From: an uncultured cyanobacterium
GTDB taxonomy: Bacteria; Cyanobacteriota; Cyanobacteriia; Cyanobacteriales; CAWUOF01
Reading direction: 5' to 3'
DNA: 64,000 nt
Assembly: GCA_963744145.1 (NCBI GenBank)
Contig: CAVUSO010000001.1
Span: forward strand, 6,336,001 to 6,400,000
The notes below the pieces were generated by a model. It was not told the origin of the DNA and searched no databases. It saw only the letters and a list, made by a program, of their open reading frames with translations. The position numbers and the translations under genes are program-made. This document shows, piece after piece, positions 30,990 through 41,630 of the stretch. Numbering within the stretch: the stretch's first letter is position 1; each line of letters starts with the position of its first letter.

Positions 30990-32834
30990 TTAAATACTAG
31001 GTGGGAGAGGATTAGGGATATAGCCCCATAGGTAGTCAATTTCTACTGCTGCTAATCCTTCTGAAAATGAATTAGCATCATCAAATTGAGGTGCGATCGC
31101 GATATTACCATTTTGATCAATAAATCCCCATTTTCCGTCGATTTCTACTGCTGCTAATCCTTCAGCAAAAGGATAAGCGATAAAATATTCATTAATTTCT
31201 GGGAATTGTGGTGGGATGACGAAATTTCCTGTTTGATTAATATATCCTACTTGTTCACCAACTTTTACAGCAGCAAGTCCTTCATAAAATCCTTCAGCAG
31301 CATCAAATATAAATGGAATTATCACTTGAGAATTTTGATTGATGTAACCATACTTATTGTCGCGTTTTACTACTGTTAAACCAGCTAAAAAATTTCCAGC
31401 TTGTTCAAATTGTGGCTGGATCATTAAATTTCCTTGTTGATCAATGTAACCCCATTTTTGCTGCAATTTTACTGCTGCTAATCCTTCTGAAAATATTCTA
31501 GCACTGTCAAATTGTGGGGAAATGACTATATTGCCACTATAATTAATAAATCCCCATTTATCTTGGATTTGAATACCTACTAAACCCTGAGCATACCCTT
31601 CGACTTCGCTCAGGGTGCAGTCGAAACATTCAGAAAATCCACTCACACCATCGAAAATTGCTGGAATCACTAAATTTCCTGTTTGATCTATAAAGCCCCA
31701 TTTATTATTAATTTGAACCGCTGCTAAACCTGAACAGAACGCGGAAGTATTAGCAAATTGGGGCTGAATAACTAAGTTACCATTTTTATCGATAAAACCA
31801 TTTTTTCCCCCAATAGTTACTTGAGCTAAACCTTCAAAAAATGGTTCAGCAAAATTAAATTGTCCTGCAATTACTAACTCTCCAGATGGATCGATATAAC
31901 CCCATTTGTTGCGAATGGTTACTTCAGCTCTTCCTTCAGAGAAAGACCCAACATTATCAAACTGAGGTGCGATCGCGAATTTTTTAGTTTGATGATAATT
32001 GATTTTAATTGGAGGAGCATTTATCAGTTTATTTGGTTCGGTTTGAATGTGAAGAAGTGCTTGTAATGCTGCTGATGCTGATTGATAGCGATCGCCAAAA
32101 TATGATCTTACCATAGTTGAGATGATATTAGCAAAATCATCACTTACTTGCACTTGGTCGCGCCAAATTATTTCTCCATCAGAGTTTTTGGGGAAATTAG
32201 AACAAATTCCAGTTAAAGCAGCGATCGCGGTGATTCCAGTCGCATAAATATCACTACAAAACCTAGCTTTACCATCGGTTTGTTCCATGGGTCGATATCC
32301 ATCTGTACCAACTGTAATTTTTCGCTCAGGATGATTGATTCTTTGGACTAAACCAAAGTCAATTAAAACGATTTTCTGATCAGTAGAGCGTCTAATTAAA
32401 TTTTTGGGGTTAATATCACGATGAATCAGACCATGTTGATGTACAAAGATCAGAATTTCGAGTATTTGTTGTAAAATTTGCCTAACTTTAGACTCACTTA
32501 AGCGTTGCTCCCGTTTAATTTCATCATTCAGATTATCTCCGGGAATATATTCGTAAACTAGATAAAATTGTTGATTAAACTCAAAGTGATCTAACCAACG
32601 AGGAATTTGATCATGTTTGAGTTGAGATAACACCTCGATTTCGGTATCAAACATGATTCGAGCGGTTTTGGTAAAAAAGCGATCGCTAAATTCGGGGTTA
32701 AATTTCTTTAGCACACATTGGGGATGCTCAGGTAGATGTAATGCGATCGCTAAATAAGTTTCACCAAAATTACCTTTACCCAAATTGCAAATTAGGTGAT
32801 ATTCTCCCCCGTTGGTTGATCTGATCATGGTCAT
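30990..32834 (-). CDS. Ser/Thr protein kinase with C-terminal WG (KWG) repeats
   Basis: GKGNFG, HRDINPKN and LIDFG motifs; repeated KWGFIDQxG..FSEGLA. Confidence 0.92.
   Translation of the reverse strand: MTMIRSTNGGEYHLICNLGKGNFGETYLAIALHLPEHPQCVLKKFNPEFSDRFFTKTARIMFDTEIEVLSQLKHDQIPRWLDHFEFNQQFYLVYEYIPGDNLNDEIKREQRLSESKVRQILQQILEILIFVHQHGLIHRDINPKNLIRRSTDQKIVLIDFGLVQRINHPERKITVGTDGYRPMEQTDGKARFCSDIYATGITAIAALTGICSNFPKNSDGEIIWRDQVQVSDDFANIISTMVRSYFGDRYQSASAALQALLHIQTEPNKLINAPPIKINYHQTKKFAIAPQFDNVGSFSEGRAEVTIRNKWGYIDPSGELVIAGQFNFAEPFFEGLAQVTIGGKNGFIDKNGNLVIQPQFANTSAFCSGLAAVQINNKWGFIDQTGNLVIPAIFDGVSGFSECFDCTLSEVEGYAQGLVGIQIQDKWGFINYSGNIVISPQFDSARIFSEGLAAVKLQQKWGYIDQQGNLMIQPQFEQAGNFLAGLTVVKRDNKYGYINQNSQVIIPFIFDAAEGFYEGLAAVKVGEQVGYINQTGNFVIPPQFPEINEYFIAYPFAEGLAAVEIDGKWGFIDQNGNIAIAPQFDDANSFSEGLAAVEIDYLWGYIPNPLPPSI
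31587..31628. repeat. 42-bp nested REP-like insertion, in frame within a WG repeat
   Basis: Inner ACCCTTCGACTTCGCTCAGGGT (31595-31616) matches the reverse complement of 43286-43306 with one mismatch; splits FSE|GL. Confidence 0.8.
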
Positions 32835-32837
32835 CTT

Positions 32838-34151
32838 TTAGTGTTCTATTTCTGGGATTAATTTCGGGACCGAAGCTGTTAATACTTCACATCCTGCTGC
32901 TGTAACTAAAACATCATCTTCAATCCGAACTCCAATTCCCTTCCAGCGATCGGGAATTTCTGGTTGTCCTTCTACTGGAGTAATATTCGGTCCAATATAA
33001 ATTCCTGGTTCCACCGTTAACACTTGATTTGGTTGAAACAGTTCCGGACTTTCTCCATGTTGATAAACTCCAGCATCATGTACATCTAATCCTAACCAAT
33101 GACCAGTCCGGTGCATATAAAAAGGTTTGTATTTTTCCTCTTTAATCAATTCCTCTAGGTCACCTTGCAATAATTTTAACTCAACTAAACCTTCTGTCAA
33201 TACTCTGACTGCTGTTTCGTGAATTTTGCTATAGGGATTACCAGGTTTAACTTCTGCGATCGCTTGTAGTTGTGCAGATAAAACCAGCTCATAAATTATT
33301 TTCTGTTCGGGAGTAAATTTCCCATTGATCGGGAAAGTCCGAGTAATATCTGCATTATAATAATCGTAGGAACAACCAGCATCAATCAGTAGTAAATCTC
33401 CAGCTTCTAATTGTCGATTATTCTCAATATAGTGAAGAATACAGCTATTAGCACCGGATGCAACTATAGAAGGATAAGCTGGACCTAAAGCACCATGACG
33501 ACGAAAGATATACTCCATTTCTGCTTGAATTTCATACTCATAGCGTTGGGGTTTAGCGATTTCCCTAGCATAGTTATGTGCTTGGATCGAAATTGCTCCA
33601 GCTTGTCGCATTAATTCTAATTCTAATGGAGTTTTAACTTGACGCATTGCATGGAGAATTGGACCCGGATCAGCGATCGCGATCGGTCCGATTCCTCTTT
33701 TCGGATAGATTCGCATAAAATTTTGCCACTCTTTACAAACAAACTCATTAAATTGGCGATCGCGTCCGAAATGATAATAAATCTGATCCGCATTTTCTAA
33801 ATATTGGGGTAATTTGGCTTCTAACTCAGTAATCGGATAAGCTTCATCAGCAGCAAAAATTTCCTTAGCACCTTCTACCCCCCAACGACGACCAGACCAA
33901 GTTTCTTGGAGGGGATCTTTAGGTTGGACAAATAAAATAAACCGATGTTCTTGATGATGAGGTGCTAAAACTGCGACTGCTCGGGACTGATTAAAACCAG
34001 TCAAATAGTAAAAATCACTATCTTGACGATAATTATATTCAACATCATTGTGCATCACGGCTGTTGGGGCACTCCGGAAGATCGCTGTCCCACTACCAAT
34101 TTTAGACATTAACTGTTCACGACGTTGCACATATTCTGCTAAGGGAATCAT
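32838..34151 (-). CDS. pepP: Xaa-Pro aminopeptidase
   Basis: RQDSDFYYLTG, LIDAG, ADITRTFP, GHWLGLDVHD, TVEPG and GVRIEDD motifs. Confidence 0.96.
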   Translation of the reverse strand: MIPLAEYVQRREQLMSKIGSGTAIFRSAPTAVMHNDVEYNYRQDSDFYYLTGFNQSRAVAVLAPHHQEHRFILFVQPKDPLQETWSGRRWGVEGAKEIFAADEAYPITELEAKLPQYLENADQIYYHFGRDRQFNEFVCKEWQNFMRIYPKRGIGPIAIADPGPILHAMRQVKTPLELELMRQAGAISIQAHNYAREIAKPQRYEYEIQAEMEYIFRRHGALGPAYPSIVASGANSCILHYIENNRQLEAGDLLLIDAGCSYDYYNADITRTFPINGKFTPEQKIIYELVLSAQLQAIAEVKPGNPYSKIHETAVRVLTEGLVELKLLQGDLEELIKEEKYKPFYMHRTGHWLGLDVHDAGVYQHGESPELFQPNQVLTVEPGIYIGPNITPVEGQPEIPDRWKGIGVRIEDDVLVTAAGCEVLTASVPKLIPEIEH

Positions 34152-34325
34152 ATTTGCCCAAACCGAAGGATAATGGCCGAATTGTAAATTGATTAAATTG
34201 TATATTAGGCTGAAATTGACAGCAGCGATCGCCAGATATTTAATTTTGCCGGTGACAGCTTAAAAAAAATGCGATCAATCTATATAATGCAAGCAAGGAT
34301 TGATACTTTTAAGATGGAGAACACC

Positions 34326-35327
34326 ATGATTCAAGCTTATGCAGCACAGACACCAGGTGGAAAGTTAGAGCCTTTTGAGTATAAGCCAGGTTCTCTTAGA
34401 GATGAAGAAGTTGAGATTAATGTGGAGTATTGTGGGATTTGCCATAGTGATGTAAGTATGTGGCAAAATGACTTTGGAACTACTCAATATCCCTTTGTTC
34501 CGGGTCACGAAGTTGTGGGAATTGTTAGTGGTATTGGCGATCGCGTCACTGCGGTAAAAGTAGGACAGAGGGTAGGTTTAGGATGGTTTTCCCATTCTTG
34601 TATGCACTGTGAATGGTGTATGTCAGGGAATCATAATCTGTGTTTGACAGTAGAATCAACTATTGTCAAACGTCATGGTGGTTTTGCTAACCAGGTACGT
34701 GCTAATCAAGAATGGGTAATCCCTTTACCAGAGGGAATTGATCCAGCAAAAGCAGGTCCGTTATTTTGTGGTGGACTTACCGTATTTAATCCAATTATGG
34801 AATTTAACATTAAACCCACTGATCGGGTTGGTGTGATTGGAATTGGTGGACTTGGACATTTAGCATTACAATTTCTCCATGCTTGGGGATGTGATGTTAG
34901 CGCTTTTTCTACCAATCCTAATAAAGAAGATGAAATCCGCAGTTTAGGTGCGAATCATTTTGTTAATTCTCGTGATCCTGAAGCAATGAAAGCTGTTGCT
35001 AATTCCTTTGACTTTATTATTTCAACAGTTAATGCTGATCTAGATTGGGGAATATATATTAACGCTCTACGTCAGAAAGGAAGGTTACATTTTGTCGGAA
35101 TTGTACCAAACGCAATTCAGATCTACGCATTTCCGATTATTGGTGGGCAAAAATCTGTTTCTGGTAGTCCACTTGGTAGTCCAGCAACAACTGTGAAAAT
35201 GCTTGATTTTGCTAGTCGTCATGGAATTGCACCGGTCACAGAATTCTTTCCTTTTAATCAAGTTAATGAAGCTTTTAGTCATCTTGAGGAAGGTAAAGCA
35301 CGCTATCGGATTGTGTTAACCCATTAG
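34326..35327 (+). CDS. Zn-dependent NAD(P) alcohol dehydrogenase (Ahr/YjgB-like)
   Basis: GICHSD, GHEVVG, CMHCEWC..C and GIGGLG motifs. Confidence 0.95.
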   Translation: MIQAYAAQTPGGKLEPFEYKPGSLRDEEVEINVEYCGICHSDVSMWQNDFGTTQYPFVPGHEVVGIVSGIGDRVTAVKVGQRVGLGWFSHSCMHCEWCMSGNHNLCLTVESTIVKRHGGFANQVRANQEWVIPLPEGIDPAKAGPLFCGGLTVFNPIMEFNIKPTDRVGVIGIGGLGHLALQFLHAWGCDVSAFSTNPNKEDEIRSLGANHFVNSRDPEAMKAVANSFDFIISTVNADLDWGIYINALRQKGRLHFVGIVPNAIQIYAFPIIGGQKSVSGSPLGSPATTVKMLDFASRHGIAPVTEFFPFNQVNEAFSHLEEGKARYRIVLTH

Positions 35328-35406
35328 AAAAAATTAGACTAATACTTGCGATCGCTGGTATTAGTCTAGGATGAGATAATTTCAACCGATTAGCAACTAC
35401 TAAGTT

Positions 35407-36369
35407 ATGAATAATACAGCTCCAGAAAATAATAGTCTTTCCGGGAAAGAAATTTATGAAAAAATATGTAACAATATTCAAAAGGTAATGAAAGGACAAT
35501 CTGTCGCATTGCGAAAATTGTTGTCAGCTTTTGCTAGTGGTGGACATGTTCTCTTGGAAGATTATCCAGGAACTGGTAAGACTACCTTAGCAAAAGCGTT
35601 AGCATTTTCCATCGATGTCAGTTTTAAGCGAATTCAATTTACCCCTGATCTATTACCATCAGATATCTTGGGTGTATCGATGCTCGATCCAAATGAGCGG
35701 ACTTTTCAGTTCCATGAAGGACCGATTTTTGCCCAAATTGTCTTAGCTGATGAAATTAATCGTGCTTCACCACGGACTCAATCTGCATTATTAGAAGCAA
35801 TGGCAGAATTTCAAGTTAGTATTGATGGAAATTTAAGAAAACTGAAAGAACCTTTTTTTGTAATTGCGACTCAGAACCCAATTGAATCTAGGGGAACTTA
35901 TCCACTTCCTGAAGCACAAATGGATCGGTTTGCACTCCAATTTAGTCTCGGATATATTTCCCCAGAAGATGAAGTTGAACTACTTTCAGACCAAATTCAA
36001 CAACATCCAATTGATACAATTCAATCTTGCATTTCTTGGGAGGATGTCATTCGGTTAAAACAACAGGTAAAGCAGGTTAGAGTTAGTACAGAGATGAAAC
36101 GATATGTAGTAGATATAGTGAATGCTACTCGGACAGCAGCAGGTGTGCAATTGGGTGCTAGTCCAAGAGCTTCTTTAGCTTTAATGAAGATTGCTCAAGC
36201 ATTAGCTTTATTTGATGGTTATGAATTTGTCACACCAGAATATATTCAAGAATTAGCAGGAGCAGTTATTGCTCATCGTTTAGTCATGGAACCTCAAGCA
36301 CGTTTTTCTGGTAAAACAGCAGCAGGTGTTGTCGCTGAAATTATCCAATCTATTCCAGTTCCTACTTAA
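35407..36369 (+). CDS. MoxR family AAA+ ATPase
   Basis: EDYPGTGKT, RIQFTPDLLPSD, DEINRA, ATQNP and PEAQMDRF motifs. Confidence 0.96.
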   Translation: MNNTAPENNSLSGKEIYEKICNNIQKVMKGQSVALRKLLSAFASGGHVLLEDYPGTGKTTLAKALAFSIDVSFKRIQFTPDLLPSDILGVSMLDPNERTFQFHEGPIFAQIVLADEINRASPRTQSALLEAMAEFQVSIDGNLRKLKEPFFVIATQNPIESRGTYPLPEAQMDRFALQFSLGYISPEDEVELLSDQIQQHPIDTIQSCISWEDVIRLKQQVKQVRVSTEMKRYVVDIVNATRTAAGVQLGASPRASLALMKIAQALALFDGYEFVTPEYIQELAGAVIAHRLVMEPQARFSGKTAAGVVAEIIQSIPVPT

Positions 36370-36372
36370 ACA

Positions 36373-37722
36373 ATGAAACGTTTTTTATATAATCTCTTCC
36401 CGTTCTTTTATACTCTGGAAAAAAAGCGCAAGAAACTCTTTACTCCGAATGGATTAGTGGTATTTTTACTGATGATTATTTGCATCTCAGTGCTTAATCC
36501 GAATGAAAGTGTCACTTATCAGGTATTTAGTTTGCTTTTTTCCATGTTTATCGTCGCGATCGCATCGAGTTTAATTTTTCGATTCCGCTTTAGTGCTACT
36601 CGAATACTCCCTCGATTTACGACCGTAGGTATAAAAACAAACTATCGGATTATTATTCATAACAAAACTAACCAAATTCAATCAGAACTCAAACTATTAG
36701 AAAACCTTCCTGATCCATCTTTTAGTTTTGAAGAATTTCTGCAAGCATCAGAACCCAATGAAAAGCAACGTAATGCTTTTGATCAATATGTCGGATATTA
36801 TCGCTGGTTGTGGTTAATTTCCCAGCACCAGGGAGCTAAAGTAAAAGTCATCAATTTACCACCTCTTTCCCCTCTGAGCAAAACCGAAGTTGTCGGTGAA
36901 ATCACACCTCTTCGTCGAGGAATAGTCCGATTGACTGGTATGACCATTGCTCGACCTGATCCCTTTGGATTTTTGTATGCTTGTAAAAGTATTTTTTTAC
37001 CACAATCTTTATTAGTTTTACCAAAAATCTACAACTTACCACCATTGCAATTACCGGGTTCAAGAAGATATCAATCTGGGGGAGTCGCGTTAGCTTCTTC
37101 GGTGGGAGATTCGGAAGAATTTAGATCTTTACGAGAATATCGTCCGGGGGATTCACTCCGCAAAATTCACTGGAAAAGTTGGGCAAAACTTGGTAAACCG
37201 ATCGTCAAAGAAGAACAGGATGAGTTTTTTGTCCGTCATGCGCTGATTTTAGATACCTTTACTCAGGTAAAATATAGCGAAATTTTAGAAGAAGCGATCG
37301 CGATCGCTGCATCCTTAGCTTGTGAAATTCAAACCCAAGAATCTTTACTTGATCTCATATTTGTGGGTAATGAAGCTTATACCTTTACCTTTGGTAGAGG
37401 GATAAGTCATACAGACAAAATGCTAGAAATTATTGCTTCAGTTGTTGCTTGTCAAGATAAATCCTTCGCTTCTATTACTCCAGTAATCATTAACCAAATT
37501 TCTTTATTAAGTGGGTGTGTTTGCATATTAATAGATTGGGATGAAGATCGAAAAAAAATCATTAATTATCTGAAAAATATGGGTATACATACCTTAGTGC
37601 TAATTATTACTGATGAAAGCAACAATTTGCATCAGCTAAATTTAGAATCTCTTAGTGATGAATTAACCAATTTTCGCGTCTTAAAATTAGGAAAAATACA
37701 AGAAGGATTAATCGCAATATGA
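36373..37722 (+). CDS. DUF58 domain membrane protein
   Basis: EFRSLREYRPGDSLRKIHWKSWAK. Confidence 0.93.
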   Translation: MKRFLYNLFPFFYTLEKKRKKLFTPNGLVVFLLMIICISVLNPNESVTYQVFSLLFSMFIVAIASSLIFRFRFSATRILPRFTTVGIKTNYRIIIHNKTNQIQSELKLLENLPDPSFSFEEFLQASEPNEKQRNAFDQYVGYYRWLWLISQHQGAKVKVINLPPLSPLSKTEVVGEITPLRRGIVRLTGMTIARPDPFGFLYACKSIFLPQSLLVLPKIYNLPPLQLPGSRRYQSGGVALASSVGDSEEFRSLREYRPGDSLRKIHWKSWAKLGKPIVKEEQDEFFVRHALILDTFTQVKYSEILEEAIAIAASLACEIQTQESLLDLIFVGNEAYTFTFGRGISHTDKMLEIIASVVACQDKSFASITPVIINQISLLSGCVCILIDWDEDRKKIINYLKNMGIHTLVLIITDESNNLHQLNLESLSDELTNFRVLKLGKIQEGLIAI

Positions 37723-39701
37723 AAACCCCAATACTTCTGATTGGTGCGGCTTTAATATTTTGGGGATGGCAAACAGGTTGGTGGTTTTTAGCATTACCAA
37801 TGGCAATCCTATTTGAAATTTCTCCCCTCATTAATTGGCGTTTGGATTTATCTGACAAAAATTTTAAAAGTATCGGCAATTTCTGTGGGATTTTATTGCT
37901 ATTAAGTTTTATTTACTTTTTGCTAGTTAAGCCTTCATTATTTTTCATTTATACTCTAGTCCAGTGGTTACCTTGGCTCTTATTTCCGCTCCTATTAGCT
38001 CAAACCTATTCTACCAGTGACTACCTTGATTTGAAGCTTTTCTTTTTATTCCCTAATTTACTTAAAAATGCCGAAAATACTGACATAACTAAAATTAATT
38101 TAACTTATCCATATTTTGCTATTTGCATTTTCTCAACAAGTGCTGTTCATGCTAAAAATCTATCTTTTTATGTGGGAATGTATATTTTGGTAGGAATAGC
38201 ATTTTGGTGTTTGAGGTCTAAAAGATTTTCACCTCGCATTTGGATTTCCCTAATTTTGCTCGCGGGGATGACAGGATTTATCATGAATCTGGCAATATCT
38301 CAAAGCTTCCAGCTCTTAGAAATAAGCGTTGTGCAATTCTTAAGTAAGAATAATGGACAATTAATAGATCCATTGAAGAAAAATACAAGTATCGGAGAAA
38401 TTGGTTTATTAAAACAGTCAAATGACATTATTTTTAGAGTTGCTTCTGAACAGAAAATAACTTCTCCGTTATTACTAAGAGAAGCAACTTATAATAAATA
38501 TTTATTTTCTAATTGGCTAGCATTAAAAGCTAAATTTATTCCCATCCAACCAGATCACGAAACAACTTGGCACTTAGGAGAAAAACCTAGGAATAGTTCT
38601 CAGATTAATATTTCTGCTACCCTGCTAGGTGGAAAAGGATTGTTAAAGTTAGCAGATAGTTCATTTGAAATTAATAATCTAGCAGTTACCAAAATGGAGA
38701 AAAATCAATATGGAACTGTTCAGGTAGAAGGAAAATTTGAGTCGATTTCCTACCAAGTACAATTTAATCATGATCTTTCTTTAGATAGTCCACCCAATAA
38801 CGATGATTTGCAAATACCAGCAGAAGAAAGACCAGCAATTAAGGAAATTATCAAACAACTACATATTCAAGATCAATCATCTCAAAAAATCTTACCACAG
38901 TTACAAAGCTTTTTTGAAAAAAATTTCACTTATTCCCTAAATTTGTCAGTTGACAAAAGTAATTTAACACCTTTATCAGGATTTTTACTCAAAACTCGTT
39001 CCGGACACTGTGAATATTTTGCTACTGCAACTGCTCTTTTGTTACGTGCTTTAGGTATACCCACTCGTTATGCGATCGGATATTCAGTTCACGAATTTAG
39101 TCCTTTAGAAAATCAATATATTGTGCGAAGTCGTCATGCTCATGCTTGGACAATGGTATATCTAGATGGTAAATGGACAGCTTTTGATACAACTCCTGGG
39201 GATTGGACAAGAATTGAGGATGAAAGTGCTAGTAAATTAGCATTTATCTCTGATTTATGGTCACTGATAACTTTCAAATTTTCCGGATGGTGGCGAGATA
39301 ATGATAAATTAATATATCTAGTATTGTTACTACCATTGGGTTTGATCATAGTGCGAAGTTTAGGTTTAGGAAAACCAGGAAATCCGTTGAAGCGGATCTC
39401 TCGTAAACCGATCGCGAAAATAGAGCAAAATCCACCTAAATCTGAGTTCTATTTAATTGAGCTAGAGTTAAGTAAATTAGGATTAAATCGTCACTCCTCC
39501 GAATCATTAAGGAATTGGGTGCAACGGTTAAAAACTGAATTACCCGTTTCTGACTTTCTCGATGATTTGACATCAATCATTGAACTTTATTATCGCGATC
39601 GCTTTGATCCAAAAGGGATTATAGATCCTGAAAAAGTAAGATTAAAATCTGCCATCAAATCATGGATAGATAAATATAAGCTAGACTTACATAATAAATA
39701 G
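37719..39701 (+). CDS. Transglutaminase-like membrane protein (TgpA-like)
   Basis: GHCEYFA, HAHAW and FDTTP catalytic triad; multiple TM helices. Confidence 0.92.
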   Translation: MKTPILLIGAALIFWGWQTGWWFLALPMAILFEISPLINWRLDLSDKNFKSIGNFCGILLLLSFIYFLLVKPSLFFIYTLVQWLPWLLFPLLLAQTYSTSDYLDLKLFFLFPNLLKNAENTDITKINLTYPYFAICIFSTSAVHAKNLSFYVGMYILVGIAFWCLRSKRFSPRIWISLILLAGMTGFIMNLAISQSFQLLEISVVQFLSKNNGQLIDPLKKNTSIGEIGLLKQSNDIIFRVASEQKITSPLLLREATYNKYLFSNWLALKAKFIPIQPDHETTWHLGEKPRNSSQINISATLLGGKGLLKLADSSFEINNLAVTKMEKNQYGTVQVEGKFESISYQVQFNHDLSLDSPPNNDDLQIPAEERPAIKEIIKQLHIQDQSSQKILPQLQSFFEKNFTYSLNLSVDKSNLTPLSGFLLKTRSGHCEYFATATALLLRALGIPTRYAIGYSVHEFSPLENQYIVRSRHAHAWTMVYLDGKWTAFDTTPGDWTRIEDESASKLAFISDLWSLITFKFSGWWRDNDKLIYLVLLLPLGLIIVRSLGLGKPGNPLKRISRKPIAKIEQNPPKSEFYLIELELSKLGLNRHSSESLRNWVQRLKTELPVSDFLDDLTSIIELYYRDRFDPKGIIDPEKVRLKSAIKSWIDKYKLDLHNK

Positions 39702-39847
39702 ACCCAGATGAATTTCTTCAACCTTTAGCAATAATAGTAACTGCATTTACTGAGGTTTTTTTGGGTTAAATCTGATCTTAATTGATTCAACCCAAATTCA
39801 ACTAACTGCAAACTCAGGATATTCCCTAACCAAATTACAAGCAAAAG

Positions 39848-40117
39848 CTACCAGTAATATAATGGTTTTCCTGCCTTTTCAATTAAAATAGTCTGGATCG
39901 AAGATTTTATTTTAGCGATCGCCGCTTGTAATTTATATTGTTCCTCATCAAACTGCCAAGTAGTGGCATAATCCTTACAATTGATCACTAATGTATCAGC
40001 AGTAGCAAAAGCATAAATTATCCCGTCCGAATTTAAGCCACTGGTTGACAGGATTTGTTTACCTACTTCTTGGGCAGATAAGACTTGCTCTAGTAATATT
40101 TCTGCAATTGGATTCAT
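39848..40117 (-). CDS. Hypothetical protein
   Basis: 89-aa ORF with a GAGGAG RBS upstream of the ATG. Confidence 0.65.
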   Translation of the reverse strand: MNPIAEILLEQVLSAQEVGKQILSTSGLNSDGIIYAFATADTLVINCKDYATTWQFDEEQYKLQAAIAKIKSSIQTILIEKAGKPLYYW

Positions 40118-40450
40118 CCTAGTCTCCTCAATAATTTGCCGATGAAAAACTCTCCCTCTGCCAGTAGGCTGAAGGTCAAATTATGAATCACCTAAAAACC
40201 AGCTTGAATAGACTGCCCCAGTCAATCGACTTAGAGGAGATCGAAAATTAGCCCCAGGCAAAGGCTTTAGACCATCCTCAAAAACCCCAAGTTTATGTCT
40301 GCTGACAGGATCTCGTTATGATTTAAGGCATTTCTTCATAATTTCTTTAAAATCGAAAGAAAAACTTTTGGTATTTCTGTATTCTATTTTACTAAATGGC
40401 AGTATTTTATTTATCTTTGTAAAACTTTACATCAGATTTTTGCCCCGAAA

Positions 40451-40786
40451 ATGTTAACCCCGTGGCAATTGGACATCATTGTAGTAACTGACTACGGGCA
40501 ATGGAAAACAACCCAGAAGGAAACAGTCCTGAGTCCAGATTTTGTGATCGAATTGCGATCGCCAACCGATTCCCTCGAAAAATTGCGCTTAAAAATGCTG
40601 GATTACCAAACTAATGGCTGTCGTTTGGGATGGTTCATTGCTCCGCTAACACCTTTAGTAGAAATTTATCGACTTGCTCAGAATATAGAAACTATTAATT
40701 TCTCTTTTGAAGAACTGCCAACGCTTTCTGGCGAAGATGTACTCCCCAGATTTAGTCTCGATCTTATACCTATTCTTCATCCTTGA
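40451..40786 (+). pseudogene. Uma2 family C-terminal fragment
   Basis: SPDFVIELRSPTD, NGCRLGW and LSGEDVLP motifs; N-terminal half missing. Confidence 0.75.
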
Positions 40787-40851
40787 ATCAGGCTGCTGAA
40801 TTGGATTTCAATAATTCTTCTATTTATTGCTCCTCTTCACGTAATGAGCAA

Positions 40852-41628
40852 TCATGCTATAAGTTCCAATGGAACATGGTTTTCCACATACAAAATACCT
40901 TTAGGTAATAGAGTACAAAACCCCGCTTCATAATGGATAAGAGCATCACTATCTAATTTGGCTAGAATATCTCTCTTAAATTTTGATGGGTTAGAGTATT
41001 TTGTCCACTTTATTAAAGCAGAATCTTTTACTTTGGCAGGGCTTTTATAGTAGAGAATAACTAAAGTTTTGCATCTGAAGTCTAATGAAGTATTTTGCAC
41101 CCGAATAAACCCATCAACATCAGCGATAACTGGTAAAATGATTTCGTTAAGGCTGCTAGCAATTTTTTTGGCATTGTCAATCGAGCAATTGTAGTAGATG
41201 CGAAGAATTTCAATTAGAATCCAGTCAGCACTGTGAGCTATAAAAAGAGAGTCTGAGTAGTTTGGACTAACATCTCCACCTATATGAGCAACATCTCTGC
41301 GATTCCTTACATCAAGAAGTATTCGTGTAAGACGAGGGATGAAAAATCGGATGGATTCGTGTAATGTTGTATTCATTTCTGCGTGTTTTATAATAACATC
41401 GCTGTTTCCCAAAGATGTACCAAAAGGGGTATAAGGTGGGTTATCTAAATATTGGATGAGACGCAAGACGCATTCAGCAAATCGACCACCATTTAGTTCA
41501 CTTGGTCGGAATTTACCCAATGCTAAATGTCTCTTGATATCTAAATACTCATCGAGCAAGTGTGTCACAATTTCATTTGGCAACGGCGGTGATAAAGCAG
41601 CAGTAATTTGAGATTTTACTATTCCCAT
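40852..41628 (-). CDS. Hypothetical protein with HEPN-like RxxxxxxH motif and putative C-terminal wHTH
   Basis: GRFAE...DVRNRRDVAHIGG; separated by 2 bp from the upstream gene. Confidence 0.6.
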   Translation of the reverse strand: MGIVKSQITAALSPPLPNEIVTHLLDEYLDIKRHLALGKFRPSELNGGRFAECVLRLIQYLDNPPYTPFGTSLGNSDVIIKHAEMNTTLHESIRFFIPRLTRILLDVRNRRDVAHIGGDVSPNYSDSLFIAHSADWILIEILRIYYNCSIDNAKKIASSLNEIILPVIADVDGFIRVQNTSLDFRCKTLVILYYKSPAKVKDSALIKWTKYSNPSKFKRDILAKLDSDALIHYEAGFCTLLPKGILYVENHVPLELIA

Positions 41629-41630
41629 CG

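Noticed and set aside
32395..32425. Kinase catalytic loop HRDINP instead of HRDIKP
   Set aside because: Single substitution with the other motifs intact; not enough to call a pseudokinase
40140..40280. Possible riboswitch upstream of the 89-aa gene (TGGGGCTAAT on the minus strand)
   Set aside because: Remaining ydaO or c-di-GMP consensus elements not found
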